64,000 nucleotides of DNA from an uncultured bacterium (GTDB lineage: Bacteria > Zhuqueibacterota > QNDG01 > DTFT01): contig CAVTNR010000012.1 in NCBI GenBank assembly GCA_963736115.1, positions 32,001-96,000 on the forward strand. The letters run 5' to 3'. Below the pieces are notes generated by a model. That model was not told where the DNA came from. It ran no database searches and saw nothing but the letters and a program-made list of their open reading frames with translations. This document shows positions 61,454 through 64,000 of this stretch, piece after piece (the stretch's first letter is position 1; each line of letters starts with the position of its first letter). A program made the translations under genes and the position numbers.

Positions 61454-62047
61454 ATGGATAAGAAACAAGCTTATCAGGAATTGACTTTCATTAAAAAGTT
61501 CATGGAAGACAGCCAGAAAGCGCTGATAGACAACGGCATTTTCATTATCCTGATGAGTCTCTTCGCCCTTTTAGGCGTGGCACTGAAAATCTTTAAGGAT
61601 TTCATCGGTCTTGAAATCGACAATCTTTTTATCTATATCCCGCTGATTGCGGCAGGCGTCGTTTTCGCCGCCGTTTACAAGATCCGCCTGTACGCGAAAT
61701 CAGGCGGAAAAACCTACGCCTCCAGGACCATCGACGGCATCTATATGGCATTCGTCATTTCCGCCTCCACACTGGGAATTATCGGATATTCCAGCGGCGG
61801 AATACCGCCTTTTTCTGTGGCCCCGGTCATTTGCGTTCTATTCGGCTTCCATCAATACGTTTGCGGTCTTCTCTTGAATCATCGCCTGATTTCTGCCACT
61901 GCGTTTGGATGGTGGATTTCATCCATCGGCATGTTTCTATGGCCCGGGGAACATTCCGTCATCGGCGTCGGAATCCTGTTGATCCTTTTCCAGATTATTC
62001 CCGGCCTCTCTCTGTACCGTAACCGGAAAATACGGAAAAATGGCTGA
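61454..62047 (+). CDS. Hypothetical multi-pass membrane protein
   Basis: ELTFIKKFME N-terminus and about 6 hydrophobic helices; overlaps the regulator start. Confidence 0.75.
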   Translation: MDKKQAYQELTFIKKFMEDSQKALIDNGIFIILMSLFALLGVALKIFKDFIGLEIDNLFIYIPLIAAGVVFAAVYKIRLYAKSGGKTYASRTIDGIYMAFVISASTLGIIGYSSGGIPPFSVAPVICVLFGFHQYVCGLLLNHRLISATAFGWWISSIGMFLWPGEHSVIGVGILLILFQIIPGLSLYRNRKIRKNG

Positions 62048-62333
62048 TTTCAATTACCAGCAATTGGATGAAATCATTCATTCCAGGATCCGGCTGGCAA
62101 TCATGTCAATACTGGTCGGCATCGATCAGGCGGAATTTACGTTTTTGAAGGAACAGGTCAAAACGACGGACGGCAACCTGAGCATCCATCTGAAAAAACT
62201 GGAGGACGCCGGTTATATCGCCGCGACAAAACGGTTCCTCAACCGCAGGCCCGTTTCGAGCTACCGGATGACGCCGAAGGGGAAAACCGCGTTCGAGAAA
62301 TATGTGGCAAAGATCGAAAAACTGATCCGGTGA
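62040..62333 (+). CDS. Winged-helix transcriptional regulator (MarR-like HTH_34)
   Basis: LDEIIHSRIRLAIMSIL...TDGNLSIHLKKLEDAGYI...TPKG. Confidence 0.9.
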   Translation: MADFNYQQLDEIIHSRIRLAIMSILVGIDQAEFTFLKEQVKTTDGNLSIHLKKLEDAGYIAATKRFLNRRPVSSYRMTPKGKTAFEKYVAKIEKLIR

Positions 62334-62348
62334 TTTTTTTTCGCTACT

Positions 62349-62367
62349 TACTTTATTTTTCAAAGTA
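62349..62367. promoter_or_regulatory. Second operator copy, TACTTT-N7-AAAGTA
   Basis: TACTTT atttttc AAAGTA, between the regulator and DUF2141 genes. Confidence 0.6.
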
Positions 62368-62389
62368 CTCATTTGACCGGAGTTGCCCG

Positions 62390-62833
62390 ATGAAACATGT
62401 TCTGCGGCTGGATGTCCTGCTGATGCTCATTTGCCCGGTCCTATATGCTCAGGATTCGCCTCGCACCGGCGATCTGACCGTCATCGTTTCCGGATTGAAA
62501 AGCGACAAGGGTGACCTCAAAATCGGACTGTTCAATTCAGCCGGAAGTTTTCAGGGGAAATCAACCAAATTCAGGGGATCCGCCCTTCCGATCACGGGCC
62601 GGCGGGCGCAATGGCTGATCGAGGACGTTCCACTCGGAGAATACGCGGTCAAGCTGTTTCATGATGAGGACATGGACGACCGGGTGGACCGGAATTTCAT
62701 CGGCATGCCGTCCGAAGACATCGGTTTCTCGAACCATGCGAGAATCGGCCTGACCGGGCTCCCCGGTTTCAACAGGGCCAAATTTCGTCTCGATTCCGCG
62801 GAAATGACCATTGTGATCGAATTGAATCGGTAG
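62390..62833 (+). CDS. DUF2141 family exported protein
   Basis: LTVIVSGLKSDKG...GEYAVKLFHDE...NFIGMPSE.IGFSN...P.F. Confidence 0.85.
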   Translation: MKHVLRLDVLLMLICPVLYAQDSPRTGDLTVIVSGLKSDKGDLKIGLFNSAGSFQGKSTKFRGSALPITGRRAQWLIEDVPLGEYAVKLFHDEDMDDRVDRNFIGMPSEDIGFSNHARIGLTGLPGFNRAKFRLDSAEMTIVIELNR

Positions 62834-62851
62834 CGGGAAAGGAGCCGCTTC

Positions 62852-63307
62852 ATGAATTTCAGAAGAATAATGTCAATCGGCATCGTGTCGGGGATCAGCA
62901 TGACGCTCGGGCTTTTCATCGGAGGAGCCGCATTTGCCCGTCTCATTTACGGGCCGCAATTCGTCCCGCCGGGCAAATTTGAAGCGGAACAAATCAATCC
63001 GTTCTATTTCTTCTGGACCAAGGCCGTGATCGGCGTTTTTTTCGGAATCCTGTTCACGCTTTTTTATGAACTGCTTCCTCTGGCAAAAAGGATCCGGGGG
63101 GCGTTCCAGGGCCTGAAATACGGTTTTTTCTTCTGGCTGGTCCTGACCGCATGGGATATCTCCCATCCCCTGGTGTATGATTCCATCCAGAACAAGGACC
63201 AGTTGTTCTGGACAGTCTATTCCCTGGTCGGATTTCTGGCGTACGGATTCACGGCAGGCGGTCTGTATCAAAGGAAAAAAGGCGGCCGGCTTCCTGCGGC
63301 AGGTTGA
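62852..63307 (+). CDS. Hypothetical 4-TM membrane protein
   Basis: Four hydrophobic segments, GLKYG motif; AGGAG RBS. Confidence 0.7.
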   Translation: MNFRRIMSIGIVSGISMTLGLFIGGAAFARLIYGPQFVPPGKFEAEQINPFYFFWTKAVIGVFFGILFTLFYELLPLAKRIRGAFQGLKYGFFFWLVLTAWDISHPLVYDSIQNKDQLFWTVYSLVGFLAYGFTAGGLYQRKKGGRLPAAG

Positions 63308-63420
63308 CCGATTGGACATCCGTCGAACCGGCCGGACGGGCGTTGCCTCTCATGGATTTCACCCTTCAGTGTTTCATTCCATGAACCCTACAGCCGCCCC
63401 GGGCGCCGCCCGGGCGGCTG

Positions 63421-63999
63421 TTATTTGATATACGCCATCCTCCCCGTCCGCACGCCGGTTCCGGCTTCCAACCGGTACAGATAAACCCCGCTCGATAGTG
63501 CATCCGGGCGCCATTCGACATGGACCACACCGGGCTCCATGACCCGGTCGAGCAACAGGCATACCTCCTGTCCTCTGAGATTATAGACGGCCAGCCGGAC
63601 AGCCGTTTTGGACGGAATCCGAAAATGGATGATCGTTGCCGGATTGAACGGATTGGGATAATTCCCGGCCAGGATGAAATCCCGGCCCGCAGGCCCGGCC
63701 GGCTCCCGGATCCCGCTCACCGGTGTGACGCCCGGCACTCCCCCCACGCGTAAAGTGGGATCTCCGAACAGCGTGTATTTGAAAGTCTGGTGAAACCGGG
63801 CGAGTGGCGTCCAGTCCCAGATATCCGCCGTTCCCGGAAAACCGGAAGTGTCCGTGTACTCATGGGGCGTAATCGCGTGAATGGCATGCTCTGCGGTATA
63901 CGTGGAAACCGCGTATTTCCACATGTCGCCGGCCAGGCGGTACCCTTTTGTGAAGGCCTCGAAAAACCAGGTGCCGTGGTCCTCTCCGGGACTCTGCAT
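63421..63999 (-). CDS. 3' part of a T9SS-secreted protein, possibly peptidase C25 (gingipain-like); 5' end outside window
   Basis: YTLFGDPTLRV followed by NYPNPFNPAT...GVYLYRL CTD. Confidence 0.65.
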   Translation of the reverse strand: MQSPGEDHGTWFFEAFTKGYRLAGDMWKYAVSTYTAEHAIHAITPHEYTDTSGFPGTADIWDWTPLARFHQTFKYTLFGDPTLRVGGVPGVTPVSGIREPAGPAGRDFILAGNYPNPFNPATIIHFRIPSKTAVRLAVYNLRGQEVCLLLDRVMEPGVVHVEWRPDALSSGVYLYRLEAGTGVRTGRMAYIK

Positions 64000-64000
64000 G

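Overview
GC-rich bacterial chromosomal window. It has several secreted proteins with type IX secretion (T9SS/Por) style C-terminal domains (NYPNPFNP...), yet uses canonical TTGACA/TATAAT-like promoters and Shine-Dalgarno sites. That combination suggests a non-Bacteroidota FCB-group lineage such as KSB1/Calditrichota/Ignavibacteria-like (inference). Housekeeping genes: dusB, rpmB, rho (heavily frameshifted), rpmE, prfA, glgC, carA, carB. The centre (~21-46 kb) is a carbohydrate-utilisation region with three parts. (1) A SusD-less PUL-like locus: TonB-dependent receptor, T9SS beta-helix protein, T9SS protein with four 248-aa tandem repeats, and a CE12-type acetylesterase. (2) A seven-gene operon: Tat-exported Gfo/Idh/MocA oxidoreductase, DoxX, discoidin-like protein, Agl23/GT-C-like membrane protein, ApbE, polyol dehydrogenase and FGGY kinase, divergent from a sodium:solute symporter. 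(3) uxaC-uxaE. Other oddities: a 7TM-fused chemoreceptor with a diverged signalling tip, an SDR epimerase lacking the catalytic Tyr, candidate operators for two small regulators, a truncated gene at the edge of a lower-GC segment, dispersed heptamer arrays and REP/MITE-like palindromes. Several single-base indels probably reflect assembly error. No rRNA, tRNA, CRISPR array or intact transposase was recognised. All family assignments come from motif recognition, not database searches.
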